64,000 nucleotides of DNA from Squalus acanthias (Eukaryota), in the NCBI GenBank assembly GCA_030390025.1, contig CM059433.1:9550001-9614000 (forward strand), read 5' to 3'. A program made the translations under genes and the position numbers. Positions 1-14,660 of the stretch are shown here, piece after piece. How positions within the stretch are numbered: the stretch's first letter is position 1; each line of letters begins with the position of its first letter. The notes below the pieces were generated by a model that saw only the letters and a program-made list of their open reading frames with translations, ran no database searches and had not been told where the DNA came from.

Positions 1-3000
1 GACGTAAAATTCTGTTATAATGCAAGTATGAGACACTGGGCTGGCTCAGCACCTGTTCTGGCACATGCTTGAATTTTATTTTAAAATAAAGAACTAGCCG
101 ATCTCTCCTGTGGCGTTGCTCACAGTGAGTTGGAGAACCTGTTGTTTTAAAATAATTTGAGGTGTTAGAAACAAAGGGTGACAGAGAAAATGTTACATGA
201 AATAAGTAAAGAAAGACTTTCATTTCTATCGCGCCTTTCACAACCTCAGGATGTCCCAAAGGGCTTTACAGCCAATGAAGTATTTTTGAAGTGTAGTCAC
301 TGTTGTAATGTCGGAAATGCAGCAGCCAATTTGCCCTAATTAGCCATTTTCCCTACAAACAGCAATATGATAATGATCAGATAATCTGTTTTAGTGATTG
401 GAGCTCTCACATGGGGAAAAGGTAAACCTGAAATAAAGATGAATAAAATTTTACAAAAAAATTTAAAACATTTTTGAAAGTTTCTTAAAAATTTGAATTT
501 TTATTAAAATGGATAAATTTGACACTTCTCAAAATTAAAATGAGTTTTTCAGGGCCATAACATTTGTTTAGCAGTCAATACGCTGTTAAAACCCCAGTTG
601 CACCTAATCCAAAAGGGTCTAACTTTTAATGGGGTATTTAACAGCGGTATTACCGTGGAAGAGCCGAAGTTTTTGTCAGTTTCCATGATTTGACAGATTA
701 GGCTGATTACCGGCTTGGGCTGGGGCCACAGCACAGCCAGTGTCGGAGCAGTGAATGACTGTCCGCAACCTCAGCATTTCCGTGTTAGGATGCGCATGCG
801 CTACATCCTGAATTTGTGGTGAGTTTCAAAGGGGTAATAACAGCAAACACTGTTCGTTCGCTGTTATTACCCACTGCAAATTCCAGGCCATTGGCTAGGA
901 TATTCTCCTGTTCTTCTTCGAATAGTGCCATGGGATTTTTCATGTCCACCTGAGAGGACAGATGGGGCCTCGGTTTAACATCTCATGTATTACAGGAGAT
1001 GTTACAAAATGTGCACTCTACACTCAAGACTTAACATATTATAAATAGATGGGATGTACACTGTAGGAACAGGAATAGGCCACTCAGCCCCTCAAGTCTG
1101 CTCCGTCATTCAGTTTGATCATGGCTGATCTGTACCTCAATGCTATTTATCCACCTTAGCTCAATATCCCGCGACAACCTTACCTAAGAAAAATCTATCC
1201 TATTACTATGCACTCCTGTACACTCTTTGGAACAAACCAATTTGGAAGACACAGACTTTAAAAACTTTGTTTTTTAAATTCATTCATGGGATGTGCGAGT
1301 CGCTAGCAAGGCCAGCATTTATTGCCCATCCCTAATTGTCCTTGAGAAGGTGAGCCGCCTTCTTGAACTGCTATAGTCCGTGCGGTGAAGGTACTCACAC
1401 AGTGCTGTTAGTAAGGAGTACTAGGATTTTGACCCAGAGACCATGAAAGAATGGCGATATATTTCCAAGTCAGGATGGTGTGAGACTTGGAGGTACCTGC
1501 TGCCCTTGTCCTTCTAGGTTGTAGAGGTCACAGGTGTGGGAGGTGCTGTTGAAGAACCCTTGGCGAGTTGCTGCAGTGCATCTTATAGATGGTACACACT
1601 GCAGCCACATTGTGTCAGTGGTTGGAGGGAGTGAATGTTTAAGGTGGTGGATGATGCATCATTAATATGCAGTGGTGCTCTGAATCGTAGTTCTGGAGCA
1701 CAAGTCTTCAGCACTATAGCCGGGATGTTGTCGGGCCCATAGCCTTTGCTATATCCAGTACACTCAGCCATTTCTTGTTCTCATGTGGAGTGAATCGAAT
1801 TAGCTGAAGCCTGGCATCAGTGATGGTGGAGACCTCAGGAGGAGGCCGAGATGGATCATTCACTCTGACCAATTCAATGCTGTTTTCTGGATCAGCTTTC
1901 TTCAACTTGCCTTTATGAAAGCAGAGCCACAAAAAGGAAAAAGAAAAATAGTGTGCATTTATATAGTGGCTCAGGACCTCCCAAAGCAATTCACAGTCAA
2001 TGATATTGTAAACCCAGATTTGCAGACCCAAATTTGCATGGGTTTTGCAATCTGCTGTTCTGTTCCACCAAACATGCAAAATCAGTTCCAAAAGTCATGA
2101 CCCAAGCATCCAAACTGACTCTGCATTGGTTCCCGGCCCCTGGTAAACCAAATGATATTAAAATTAGAGAATATGGATAGGCCAAGTGAAATGGAGCAAT
2201 AATTTGTCCTCTCACTACAACCCGCCACACATGTGCAACTTTAAAAATCGCAGATACGCGGGTCTGTGTTTAAAATTAAATGGATTCCAAGCTTTGATTT
2301 GAAATGGCAACAGTAGCTAATGTAAACGGGAGAGCACGATACACAAGAGGTCTGTTTGAATGCCACTCTCCCGAGACACCAATTATAACATAAAGAGGCT
2401 TTACAATCCAGTTTGCATTCTGGTTATTAGGGTTTTCTGGTAACATTTACAAATCGCAACAGTGTAAACGCAGCAAGCAAGTGCCATTGCAGAACCACGA
2501 AATGTAAACGACCTGACCGCGTTCATTCCAGTCTAACTTGAGTCTGCCACCTTGTACCAGCAACATCCCACGCAACTCAATGAGCTCATTTACACCTTCC
2601 TGCCAGCACAATTTCTGAGTCTTAGGATCACTGAATGATGCAACAGTAGCTAGGTATAATATTTGCATGGCCAAATTATAATAGCTGCACAGGCTGCCTC
2701 TACGATTCAGAGCATCACTGCATATTAATGATGCATGACATGCTTGTTAGTGAATGCAGAATGGTGCACTGAGCTTCCAAATCAGTCACAGCACCTGACT
2801 GTGTATGGTCTGTAAGCTGTGTCCAGCATGATCGAGGGAGCATTACTCAATGCACTTTACTTATGTTAGCAGGTACTAACAAGGGTATTAGCATCTACAA
2901 GATTGTAAATGGTAAGAAATTAAACACATTAAAACCCTCCTATTTTGGTTCTCTGTTTCCATTGAGCTAAATTTAAAATTCTCATCCTCATCTTCAAATC

Positions 3001-3174
3001 CACCCCCCCCCGCCCGCCACAGGCTCACCACACCCTAAACCAACCTCCTCCAGTCTTGTATCCCTTCCCACACCTTTCAGTCTTTTAACTCTGGTCTCTT
3101 GTGCAATCACCCAAACATCAGTGGCATAACCTCCTGCAACCTTGGACCTACTCTCAAACTCCCACTTCTGGCGG

Positions 3175-4385
3175 CAGCGAATTCCAGGTCCTCACCACTC
3201 ACTGCGTAAAAAAGTTTTTCCTCACATCCCCCCTGTATCTATTGCCCAAAACCTTAAATCTGTGTCCCCTAGTCCTTGTACCATCAACTAGTGGAACAGC
3301 CTTTCCCCGTCTAGCCTATCCAAACCCATCATAATCTTGTACACCTCTATCAAGTCATCCCTCAACCTCCTTTGCTCTAATGAAAACAAATCCCGCTTCT
3401 TCAACCTGCCCTTGTAGCTAAGATCCCCCATCCCCAGAACCAGTCTGGTAAATCTCCTCTGCACCCTCTCAAGGGCCTTCACATCCTTCCTGAAGTGTGG
3501 TGACCAGAACTGGACGCAATACCCCAGTTGTGGCCTAACCAGTGCTTTATAAAGGTTCAGCATAACCTCTCTACTTTTGTACTCAATGGGCTGGATTTTG
3601 TCTTGGGGTCGGGTTGGGGTCGTGTAATCCGCATTTCGTGTTTCCCCCCCGACTCCAGATTAATGTGGGTGCCTGATGCAATTTTCACTTAATTGGGCAA
3701 TTAAATTGGAGCATGTGGGAACCCATGAACTAATTAGTGTTTTCAGTCTGAAACCCGCCTCTGATGATGTCATCAGTACTGACTGCCTAGTCTCAGAGAC
3801 TGTTGGTGAGAGAGGGGTTGCCTGGTTTATGATGTGAGTGGACCTGGATGCAGAAATGGGGGGGGGGAGAGGAGAGAGTGAGAGAGAGAGAGAGAGAGAA
3901 TGTTCAGACCTAATACTACTAGCACTAATACTACTAGCACCACTACCACCTTCATCACATCTGCGTTGTAATAGTGGACTTGCAGCCGAAAGTCAGCTAT
4001 CCACTTGTGCTCCCACCAGGTTTCACTGGAGTGTTTCAGACCAGGCGTGCTTCACGTCAGAAGAGGGTTAAACTAGCTACAGCGTTTCAAAATCGCATTA
4101 CAGAGCCAATTTAGAGCTTGTTAAGGGCTTTAATGGCCTCTCCCGCCTCTTGGAGGCGGGACGGAATCGGGAACCCCGCGACTGATTATGTCAAAATTGC
4201 GTGGAGGCGGGATGGAGTCGGGATAGGGTCGGAAACCCCGACCCCGCAAATTTAACCCCCCACACGCCTCCAAACCCGACTCCATGGGTCATTCAAAATC
4301 CAGCCCAATGCCTCTATTTATGAAGCCCAAGATCCCATATGCTTTGCTAACCACTCTCTCAATATGTCCTGCCACCTTCAGGGGC
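3175..4385 (-). mobile_element. CR1 fragment split by a MITE (other minus-strand CR1 fragments: 6796-7195, 7725-8120, 8850-9395, 28802-29122)
   Basis: LYKALVRPQLGYCVQFWSP...RLRDDLIEVYKIM. The CR1 continues on the far side of 4306. Confidence 0.85.
3588..4306. mobile_element. Harbinger-type MITE family A
   Basis: TIR GGGCTGGATTTT and 3-bp TSD AAT. Inserted in a CR1 fragment. Confidence 0.85.
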
Positions 4386-5749
4386 CCATCTTTCTGACTA
4401 CGCCTTCCGTCACTCATTCTAACTTTTCCCTCCATGAGCCAGTTCCTTATATAGTTCAATTTATAAAGCACATCGGGATTTTTTTTTTACACTGAAGACT
4501 CAGTAAAAGCAAGTTGTTGTTACTGTCGAGACTCACACCTGAAGAATAATGGCTTGAATGAGGTACTTCAAGACAATTGGTGTCCGTTGAACCATAACCT
4601 AGCAGGATTGAGTTCCTTCAGAATATTAGGGCAGAATTGTTTTAAAATAAAAAAAAGTGAGACAATGTGAATAAATTTATACATTAAAATCCACACTAAG
4701 GGTTAATTTGCAGCCTATAATTACCTCTCCTTGAAAAGCAAATTTTGCATAATAGGTACAAAACTATATTCTTAAGTGTACATTTCTTCCATGCAAGTCC
4801 ATTTATCAATATTAAATTGTAAAAACATACCCGTAAACTCAATATATACTTTGATCTACAAGTCATATACCATAATGTAGTAGTCCGCACAAAAAACAAG
4901 CAACACACAAGGTACGTTATTTTCCATGAATCTTTCATTTGTATAAACCGAAATAAAATAAAATAAAGTCAAAAACACATGAATTAGCAATGCTATTTCT
5001 GTAAATACCTACGATTAGGATGGCGGGGGCAAGACCTAGCAAGTGTGCCATCTAAAGGCTCGATTTTAACAGGCATTTACCCACCTGGCACCTTGCGTGC
5101 AACTTAAGGCTAAAAATGGAATCAATTTTACAACGTTTAAGCCAATTCCGTATATAGCCACTCAGTGCAATATCTTTTTTTGGGGGTTGGTTGGGGGGGG
5201 GGGGTGGGGGGGTGGTGGTTTAACGGAAATATGTAGCCTCCTGAGAGAGAAATATACAAAGTAATCTGGTTACCATTTGATGCACGCCACCCCTGCCATT
5301 TGGCAGATGTTACAATTAAGATGTAGTTGCCATTGTTGGGCGACAATGGACACTGGGCGGGGATAGATATATATTGCTCCTAAAATCTTGGCCAGCATTT
5401 CCTTTGTGTCTAATTCGCCTATACATTCCCCTAACTGTAATATTAACTAAGTATCGCTGCTATGGAAGGAACTGCCGTGTTGCAAAGGCAGCTTCGACTG
5501 GCTGGACAAAGTCCCAGTGTGTGGGAGACGATGCATTAATTAGGTAATTCGCGGTGAAAATTGAGCCACATTTCATACCGCTTCGGCGACAAAGTTGCTA
5601 ATGGCATAAAGGGCAATCAGAGCCGTGGATTACTACAGATTCCCCTAACTCAGCACCCCACATTGTGTTTTTAAATATATATAAATAACACACAAGACCC
5701 ACCTTTGTCTCTTTGGTTAGATTCAGTTGCAAAAAAAACCTATCGAGGC

Positions 5750-6027
5750 AGAAGCTCGCCGGAAAGCGGGGTTTTTCCCCCTTCTTCCTCTCCCGTCTGC
5801 TTTGCCCAGTTCTTTTTTCCTCTCTCCCTCTCTCTCTTATTGTCTACAAAGGTTGGCACCGGCTGATCGGCCAGCGCCACCGCCGCACCGACTGCACTCC
5901 ATCAGCGGCCGGCTGCGTCACTGCCAGCATCGCCCGCCAGCCACCCCCGGCCTGCGCTTGCTGCAGCCGCGGCCAATGAAACCGAAGACAGCATCGAACA
6001 AGGAGAGGGGAGGAGAGGAGAGGGGGG
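5750..6027. promoter_or_regulatory. CpG-rich promoter/first-exon-like segment, possibly RNF144A 5' end
   Basis: High CpG/GC content with TGCGTCA and GGCCAAT motifs, abutting the gap. The gene identity is inferred only from the vertebrate order CMPK2-RSAD2-RNF144A. Confidence 0.4.
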
Positions 6028-6527
6028 NNNNNNNNNNNNNNNNNNNNNNNNNNNNNNNNNNNNNNNNNNNNNNNNNNNNNNNNNNNNNNNNNNNNNNNNN
6101 NNNNNNNNNNNNNNNNNNNNNNNNNNNNNNNNNNNNNNNNNNNNNNNNNNNNNNNNNNNNNNNNNNNNNNNNNNNNNNNNNNNNNNNNNNNNNNNNNNNN
6201 NNNNNNNNNNNNNNNNNNNNNNNNNNNNNNNNNNNNNNNNNNNNNNNNNNNNNNNNNNNNNNNNNNNNNNNNNNNNNNNNNNNNNNNNNNNNNNNNNNNN
6301 NNNNNNNNNNNNNNNNNNNNNNNNNNNNNNNNNNNNNNNNNNNNNNNNNNNNNNNNNNNNNNNNNNNNNNNNNNNNNNNNNNNNNNNNNNNNNNNNNNNN
6401 NNNNNNNNNNNNNNNNNNNNNNNNNNNNNNNNNNNNNNNNNNNNNNNNNNNNNNNNNNNNNNNNNNNNNNNNNNNNNNNNNNNNNNNNNNNNNNNNNNNN
6501 NNNNNNNNNNNNNNNNNNNNNNNNNNN
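6028..6527. other. Assembly gap (500 N)
   Basis: Run of N. Confidence 1.
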
Positions 6528-8610
6528 TGTCTCTCAATGTCTCTTAATCTCTCCCGCTTTCTATCCTATCACCGACCTTCCCTTTTGTTCTTTCATCCCC
6601 TCCCCCTTTTCCCAGCCCTAAACCTGCTTTTAAATCTATTTCATTTCCTGCTTTTTTCCAGTTCTGACGAAAGGTCTTCGACCTGAAACGTTAACTCTGT
6701 TTCTCTCTCCACGGATGCTGCCTGGCCTGCTGAGTTTTCCCAGCGTTTTCTGTTGTTATTTCGGATTTCCAGCATCCACAGTATTTTGCTATCGTTCCCC
6801 TCAAATCTCCTCTAAACCTCCGACCAATTACTTTAAATCTATGCCCCCTGGTTATTGACCCCTCTGCTAAGGGAAATAGGTCCTTCCTATCCACTCTATC
6901 TAGACTCCTCATAATTTTATACAACTCAATTAGGCCCCCCCTCAGCCTCCTCTGTTCCAAAGAAAACAAACCCCAGCCTATCCAATCTTTCCTCGTAGCT
7001 AAAATTCTCCAGTCCAGGCAATATCCTCGTAAATCTCCTCTGCATCCTCTCTAGTGCAATCACATCTTTCCTGTAATGTGGTGACCAGAACTGTACGCAG
7101 TACTCTAGCTGAGGCCTAACTAGTGTTTTATACAGTTCAAGCATAACCTCCCTGCTCTTGTATTCTATGCCTCGGCTAATAAAGGCAAGTATTCCGAGGA
7201 AGAATGGGAAGAGGATCAGGACGGGGGAAAACTTATGGACAACGATTGTTGTATTTATTACCTATTTTTCATTTAAGCTTATCTACTTGGTCTGCTACCT
7301 TCAGGGATCTGTGGACCTGCACTCCAGGTGTTGGCTCTTGGAGTAGGTCGACCTGGAAAAGTATCGATGGACTGGAATTTCCTGCCTATTTGCATCCAGA
7401 CACGCGCAGTCTGGATCCAAATCAAAATACGCGGCCTCAAGGCAATTGCAGAATTTTGTGCAAACAATAAACTGTAACTTAACAAAAAAAATTAAAGGAA
7501 ACTTAACAAATTAAATTAAAATTTTGGTGGGGGGTGGGGGCGGTGATTATGCACTCCAGTCCCTGCAGTGCCCACTGGTCGCAGAAGGCCTCAAACATGC
7601 CAACGGACACCGCGTGCTCCATCTCCAGGGCCACCCGGGCGCGAACGAGAGGCAGGCAGTGGAATTTTGTGCATAAGTGCAATTGGACAAACACTATTGA
7701 TCCCTCCGCCCATAATAATTACATCGAATTTACAGCACAGAAACAGGCCATTCGGTCCTATAGGTCTATGCCGGTGTTTATTCTTCACACGAGCCTCCTC
7801 CCATCCTATTTCATCTAACCCTATCACCATATCCATCTATTCCTTTCTCCCTCATGCACTTATCTAGCTTCCCCTTCAAAGCATCTATGCTATTTGCCTC
7901 AACTACTTCTTGTGGTAATAAGTTCCACATTCTCACCACTCTCTGGGTAAAGAAGTTTCTCCTGAATTCCTTATTGGATTTATTAGTGACGATCCTATAT
8001 TTATAACCCCTAGTTTTGGACTCTTCCACAAGTGAAAACATTTTTTCTATGTCTACCCTATTGAACCCCTTCATAATTTTAAAGACATCTATTAGGTCAC
8101 TCCTCAGCCTTCTCTTTTCTAATGGTCCCACTCCCAAATTACACTTGTACACTTGCTCAGCGGGTCTCTTCAAATTACAACCAGATTTTCAGGCGCAGCA
8201 GGAAACAGTCACTTTTTTCTGGTGCTTTATTGAAATTTTTTGAGCATTTAAAAAAACATCCTCACTGAGACCTGCACTGTATTTTTTGATCAATAGCAAA
8301 ATACTGCGGGTGCTGGAAATCTGAAATAACTTTAATTCTCCGCTCCACTCCCACTCTGACCTCTCTGTCCTCGGCCTCTTACCCTGTTCCAGTGAAGCTC
8401 AACGTTGAGTTCAACAATTTCAGACCATAACCTCTGCCCCTATTTTTTCAGGTGGCAGCAGTTGATGATTCTGCCATCCCCATTTGCAACATTTAACCAC
8501 TCCTGCCTTCCACCCTGTCACAGACCGTCCCTTTTGTTCTTTCCTCCCCCCCCACCCTTTCCCTGTCTCTGCACCTGCTTAAAAATCTGTTACATCTCTA
8601 ACTTTTTCCG

Positions 8611-8647
8611 AGTTCTGACGAAGGGTCACAGACCTGAAACGTAAACT
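8611..8647 (+). ncRNA. Minimal type I hammerhead ribozyme motif in a Penelope fragment
   Basis: AGTT-CTGACGA-A-GGGTC-ACA-GACCT-GAAAC-GTA-AACT. Similar motifs at 6660-6696(+), 35946-35982(+), 51333-51369(-) and 52182-52218(-). Confidence 0.75.
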
Positions 8648-9730
8648 CTGTTTTTCTCTCTCCATGGATGCTGCCTGGCCTGCTGAGTGTTTCCAGCATT
8701 TTCTGTTGTTATTTCTGTATTTATTGTTTCTTTGAATGTATTTCTTATATACGTTTATCACATTAAAAATTGCATAGCTTCCCTGATTGCAGACTCTTAA
8801 TAGCGCTGTGCCGAATGTGCACCCATGGAGAAAATTCCAGGCCATCTTCTTAGAACATAAGAAATAGGAGCAGGAATAGGCCACTTGGCCCCTCGAGCCT
8901 GCTCTGCCACTCAATAAGATCATGGCTGATCTTGGGCTCAAAGCCACTTCCCTGCCCGCTCCCCATAACCCTTCACTCACTTATCTTGCAAAAATCTGTC
9001 TATCTCCACCTTAAATGTATTTAATGACCCAGCCTCCACGGCTCTCTGGGGCAGAGAATTCCACAGATTTATGACCCTCAGAGAAGAAATTCCTCCTCAT
9101 CTCGGTTCTAAAAGGGCGACCCTTTATTCTAAAACTATGCCCCCGAGTTCTAGATTTCCCCACGAGTGGAAACATCCTCTCTGCATCTACCCTGTCAAGC
9201 CCCCTCAGTATCTTACATGTTTCAATAAGATCACCTCTCATTCTTCTAAATTCCAATGAGTATAGGCCCAACCTGCTCAACCTTTCCTCCTAAGTCAACC
9301 CCCTCATTTCTGGAATCAACCGTGTGAATCGTCTCTGAATTGCCTCCAATGCAAGTATATCCTTCCTTAAATAAGGAGACCAAAACTGTAGGCAGCTAGG
9401 ATTGTTAAAGATCCCACAGTGTAACAGGGCGAACAAAAGGGGGAAAAAAGTGCAGATGCTGGAAATTGCAAACAGAAAATGCTGGAACCACTCAGCAGGT
9501 CAGTCAGTGGAGAAAACTGACAAGTTGGCGTGTCCTGGAGGATTAATTTCCGCGGGGGTTCTCCTGCTTGTCTGCCGTAACTTCATTGACACCATTTATC
9601 TGGGGGTTCCGTGGCTCTTCTTACGAGAATACAGTGGAGAAGCTCTGCTTAATATTAACTAAACAGGTGCTGTATTATCCTTAAAGAAATTTACCCTCAA
9701 AGGATTTGAATACAAAGTAGGCACTGCGTA

Positions 9731-9745
9731 TTTATTCACTTTATT
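9731..9745 (-). terminator. Candidate RSAD2 polyadenylation signals (tandem AATAAA)
   Basis: Plus strand tttatt at 9731-9736 and 9740-9745, about 2.3 kb past the stop. Another AATAAA lies at 10868-10873. Confidence 0.45.
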
Positions 9746-12029
9746 CAACATTTTAAAGCACTTATTGGTACAAAATAACATTGCAAGGAAGTGGCAGCAT
9801 TATATACACAAAAATATAATTGTTAATATATACATCAGTTCCACTGTACTGAATCTTGGATAAGCCAATATAAATTTAAAAATTCCAAACACTATTAACT
9901 AAATATCCTAATAAAAAACCTATCTCTGTAACCTCCTCCAGCCCTGCAATCCTCCGAGATCTCTGCGATCCTCCAATTCTGGCCTCCAGCACATCCCTGA
10001 TTTTCATCACTCCACTTCTGACGGTCTCCCTCGGTCCTAAGCTCTGGAATTCCCTCCCTGAACCTCTGCACCTCTCTGTCCTCCTTTAAGACACTCCTTA
10101 AAACCTAACTCTTTCCTGTCCTAATATCTCCTGATGTGGCTCGCTGTCAAATGTTGTTTGATAACGCTCCTGTGAAGCGCCCTGGGATGTTTTACTATGT
10201 TAAAGGAGCTATATAAATGCAAGTTGTTGTAAATTCCATCCAAAGTTAGAAGTATGAAATAATTTGTATATTGCTATTAAGAACAGATAAGAATCAAACA
10301 ATTACAAAATCGTACTAATATAGGATACACAATGACGCTCAGTGATTTACTGGAAAAATAAACCAGAGTGATGTTTTCTGAGATCAAATGAAACATGCGG
10401 ACTAGCTCCCTTTCAGGTTTATTTTTTCCTGTAAACCAATCCAACCCCACTTTTTTATACCGCACATTCTTCTGAAATTAGAATCAGTCTGCTGTGTGAA
10501 GAGGTACAGTGGCAAATTCCTATGCAACTTTTGTTTAGTTACATGATGATCAGCAGTACATGAGTGCCCACTGTGTGTTTGTGTAGAAGACGATTTGGAT
10601 TGAGGGTATTCTTAGTAATGTGGTGGAATTGGATAATTTGCTACAGGGTTTCAGAATAAGGCCGGATGGGCACCATGAATATACGCAGATGTGGATACAG
10701 AAAGAAATGTAACAAAAGCTGATTGGGAAATATAGAGAGAAGGAAAACATTAAAAAAAAGAGGTAAACAAAAGGGAAAAAATGGACCAGGACAGGGAGGG
10801 AGAGAAAAAATAGCAGCTAAGACAGACAAACAAATGAGTGAGGGAAGCAAAGACCAAAAGATAAAGTTTTATTCATATGTACAGTGCAATAAAGTGAAAT
10901 GATGAGAAAAACATAAAGCAAGACATTGTAAGAGGGTGTAATAGGCTTTGAGTGAAAGTAAAGGTGGCAAGAATGGGAGAACTCATTAACAGTGAAAGGA
11001 CATAGGCCAGGAGAGAAAAAGGCAGAGTACTGAAAATCTGAGAGAAAAAGTGAGCGCGGATACGCAGTGCCTAACAGAAAACAACGGTGGGTGAGTACGA
11101 AAGAAAATAAGGAGTGATAAGAGAGAAAATGATCCTATATTTTCTTTTGCAATTAACTTTTGGTTAATCATCTTTTTGACTTCACATATTTTGTTTAGTA
11201 ACTTATCAGTCGTGAATGAAATATCCACTCTTTTCCCTCTGTACCTCTGCATTCTGCCAAGATTTGAGACAAACCACTATTCCCAGCTACTTGCTTTGTC
11301 TGCTGTAAAATACACTTGTTTGCTGCAAGTCCCACCCGCTTCCAACTCATTGGCTGACACAGTGATGTCAATAGACACGCCGAACAACCTGGGACTCTGA
11401 AGTTGTATCAAAATAGTCCCAACAGTGCCTTAAGCAAAAAGCTAAACCACTGCTGGAACAGTGACATATGTGGTATAAATAAGTGATGATTAACTTCTAA
11501 GTGAGCATTTCTGCTAAAACAAGTGGATAGAATTTAATAGTAAAGTGATTATTCACTAAGAACTGACGGAACAGACTATATATACACTTTGAAATACCTT
11601 GCATCATGTATTAATACAATTCAAACATTTAGTATATAAAAAAATAAAAACCTACATTATTATTTTACAAAGTACAAATAATAGTTCTCTGTGTTACACA
11701 TAAATTTCATGTTCAAAATATACACCACTACTGTATCAATGTGAAAACCTGTCTTGGATTTGCGCAAGAAGTACGTCCCATATTGCTGTGTATAACTAGG
11801 GTGTAGTTGAAAGGACACAGCATTGAGTGTCGTATTCTTTGGGACAATTAAAATAGTCCAAAATACTGAAATATTTGACTGTAAAAGGATTAGCTTTATC
11901 AGAATGTTGACTATTGCAGACAATAATAGTTGGAAAAGGATCAGAGTCACTAATTGAATGCACAATATGTACGTGTAGCATGAACTCTATTCATGATATG
12001 TACAAGCATGAAGGTAGAGCAGCAATCAG

Positions 12030-12194
12030 TTACCATTCCAGACGCATATCTGCTTTGCTCCATATATATTTCCCTCCACGTTTAAAAAACATCCCCTCAT
12101 CAAACCCACTAAATTTAATAGCGTTCTCAACGCCTACATCCAAGATGGATTTGGATGGATCTTTTCTGCCTTGCGTGCAATCTAGGAAGCGCAT
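12030..12194 (-). CDS. RSAD2: RSAD2 coding exon 6 (last)
   Basis: [54 protein letters not shown], with the conserved C-terminal Trp. The six exons sum to 1047 nt = 348 aa + stop. Confidence 0.97.
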   Translation of the reverse strand: MRFLDCTQGRKDPSKSILDVGVENAIKFSGFDEGMFFKRGGKYIWSKADMRLEW

Positions 12195-13746
12195 CTGAAA
12201 AATATGAAGAGAACACAGAGGAAAGATCATTAAAAATATGGAAATATAAACATTTACATAAACTATATTAGTATGTATCATCTGTCGGATCTATTCGATG
12301 CATCACCTCTGAATTGCATCCTCTATTTATTCCACAGGTGATAATGGTTGGAACTTTCAACTTGGGTGAGGATGTAAAATGGGTGACATTGCAGCAGCCT
12401 CCCCATTCATACACGCTGTCCAATTTTCCTTTCCATTGACTTCAATGGAAAGAATAATCATCAGGTAGGTCATATAACGGGTGGCCAATCCGATGTCGCC
12501 CGTTTTACACCATTGCTGAAGTTTTAAGTTCCAGCGAAATATGTATGCCACTGTGTTTTGTTTCTGCACCAAGTAAAGACTACGAACTTGTTACTTTTCA
12601 CAATTTATTTAAAAAATCAGATTTTAAGATGTTCCAACTTGGTAACTGGTGGGTGTGTGCACTATTTGCCTGGTCCTCAGTGAATTCATTGTATTCAGAG
12701 AAATTTGAACAAATTTGAAGACTTGTTCCTATGTTTGAGGAGTTTTCAGTAAACTTGGACAGGCAAGCTCTGAACCAGGAGACTCTTGTATATTCTTGCA
12801 GGATTGAGTCTTTTATTTTCAATATCTGGAAACTCGTACACATGAGAAACAATTAAGCTTCATGTGCACAGGATTATAACAGTGTTATTTCATTGCAGTG
12901 TGACAACACAAATGTATCAAAGAAGCTTAGAACTACACCTATTGCATACATAGGCCTTTCATACAAATAAATAAATATCAGCATAACATTTCTTGTCATC
13001 TATTTCAATTTTTAAACATGTATCTTTAGAAAGACAAAATAAAATATCTCTGCCACGTCAAAAGATTTGGTATGTTTCAAATGCAAACAGAACTTTGAAT
13101 ATTTGTATTAGATTTGTTGTGTGTGTATAATGACGGATATAGTTTTGGAAGCCATTCACACGAGCACCGATCATTCTCCCTTTAGTAATGTAATGATGTT
13201 CCGTCATATTTTCATGCACCCACATTTCCCAGATCTAGAAACCATCATACATTGTTCTTAAAAATCTTGCAGTGCTGGACTGAGTATGAAATAAATGGAT
13301 GCTAGCACAACACTGTTCTCTGTGGAATGGACTATAGTCCTCACACTTCCTCTTAGTGCACCTCAATAAAATATAATTATATAGAATCATACAGCACAGA
13401 AGGAGGCCATTCAGCCCATCGTGCCTGTGCCGGCTCTTTGAAAGAGCTATCCAGTTAGTCCCCTTCCCCTGCTCTTTCCCCATAACCTTCAAATTTCAAG
13501 TATATATTCAATTACCTTTTGAAAGTTACTATTGAATGTGCTTCCAACCACCCTTTTTAATTGTGCCCTTCTCATAGAGTATAGCTAATGTGAATGTCTT
13601 TATGTTGTATTAAAGTGTCCTATTACAGTAACAACTTTTTTTTATAGAAATGAACGTTTTATGTGCGCTTTTTTATATAGGCAGTATTAGTAGGAAATTG
13701 ATACGAGTGCATTGTATTCTGTGAGGTGTAATAATACAGTACTTAC

Positions 13747-13779
13747 ATATTCATCAAGGATGAGGTAGGAATCTCGCAT
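13747..13779 (-). CDS. RSAD2: RSAD2 coding exon 5 (33-nt exon)
   Basis: cag|ATG CGA GAT TCC TAC CTC ATC CTT GAT GAA TAT|gtaagt = MRDSYLILDEY. Not in the ORF track. Confidence 0.96.
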
Positions 13780-14510
13780 CTGTGGAGTGGACAACAAATG
13801 TGAATTAGAACCATGACTATGTTATTTGTTCAACAGAGATGCCATTTTTTTAATCAATTCCACAGGAATATGTACAAAAGCCAAAACAACACCAATGGAA
13901 ACAACACAAAGACATAAAACTAAAGATGAAGTACACGAAAATCTACAATTATATATGCAATAGGGTATGTCCTTAATGTGGACTGGCCGACAACTGCAAA
14001 GTCCAACAGTAGTCAGAAAAGGAAAACAGGACAAGGGCTTACAACAATTCTTAGATTTTGCATAATCATGCGCTATAGCAACAGTACTTATTGTCGTCTA
14101 GGTATATGGATGTGCTATGGATATTTCTGAATTTTCAGATGAATCTTTGTCACTTTAGGCAGGATTCATTGGAGGGGATCAACTTTGTTCCTTTTCGTTT
14201 GAAATCACAAAAGTGTACAATCAACCCGTCAGATTTAGAGATGCATTTTTATTGACATCATAATGATGGACTCGGGTTGCAGATGTGCCTGTAGCCGTCA
14301 TATTGATCATCAGGTCCACAGCTGGCTGCCAGTAGCGAAGAACAAAACTAAAGCTGTGATAGCAGATGTGCTCAAATGAATCACTTTTAACAGAGGATGG
14401 AAGCTGACTGCTGGTGGTCGTAAATGTGAAGGAAAGCCCAATAAGCTTCTCTCATCTAATGTCGCTACTCAAGTAATACTACCACTTGTTTCTTTGCCTA
14501 CACTTCTTAC

Positions 14511-14660
14511 TTTCTCATTAGATTCAGGCACGAGGCACTTGATCTCTTCATGCCGATCCAAAAACCTCTGGAAGTCTTTGCTGCTGATAATAAATGTCTC
14601 TGCATGTCTCAGAGCTTCTTCTCCAGCATTCTCCCCTTCAATCAACAAACACTGAAATAC
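14511..14660 (-). CDS. RSAD2: RSAD2 coding exon 4
   Basis: [50 protein letters not shown]. cag| and |gtaag, 150 nt. Confidence 0.97.

Noticed and set aside
5727..6686. 319-aa and 211-aa ORFs
   Set aside because: Artefacts of translating through the N gap.
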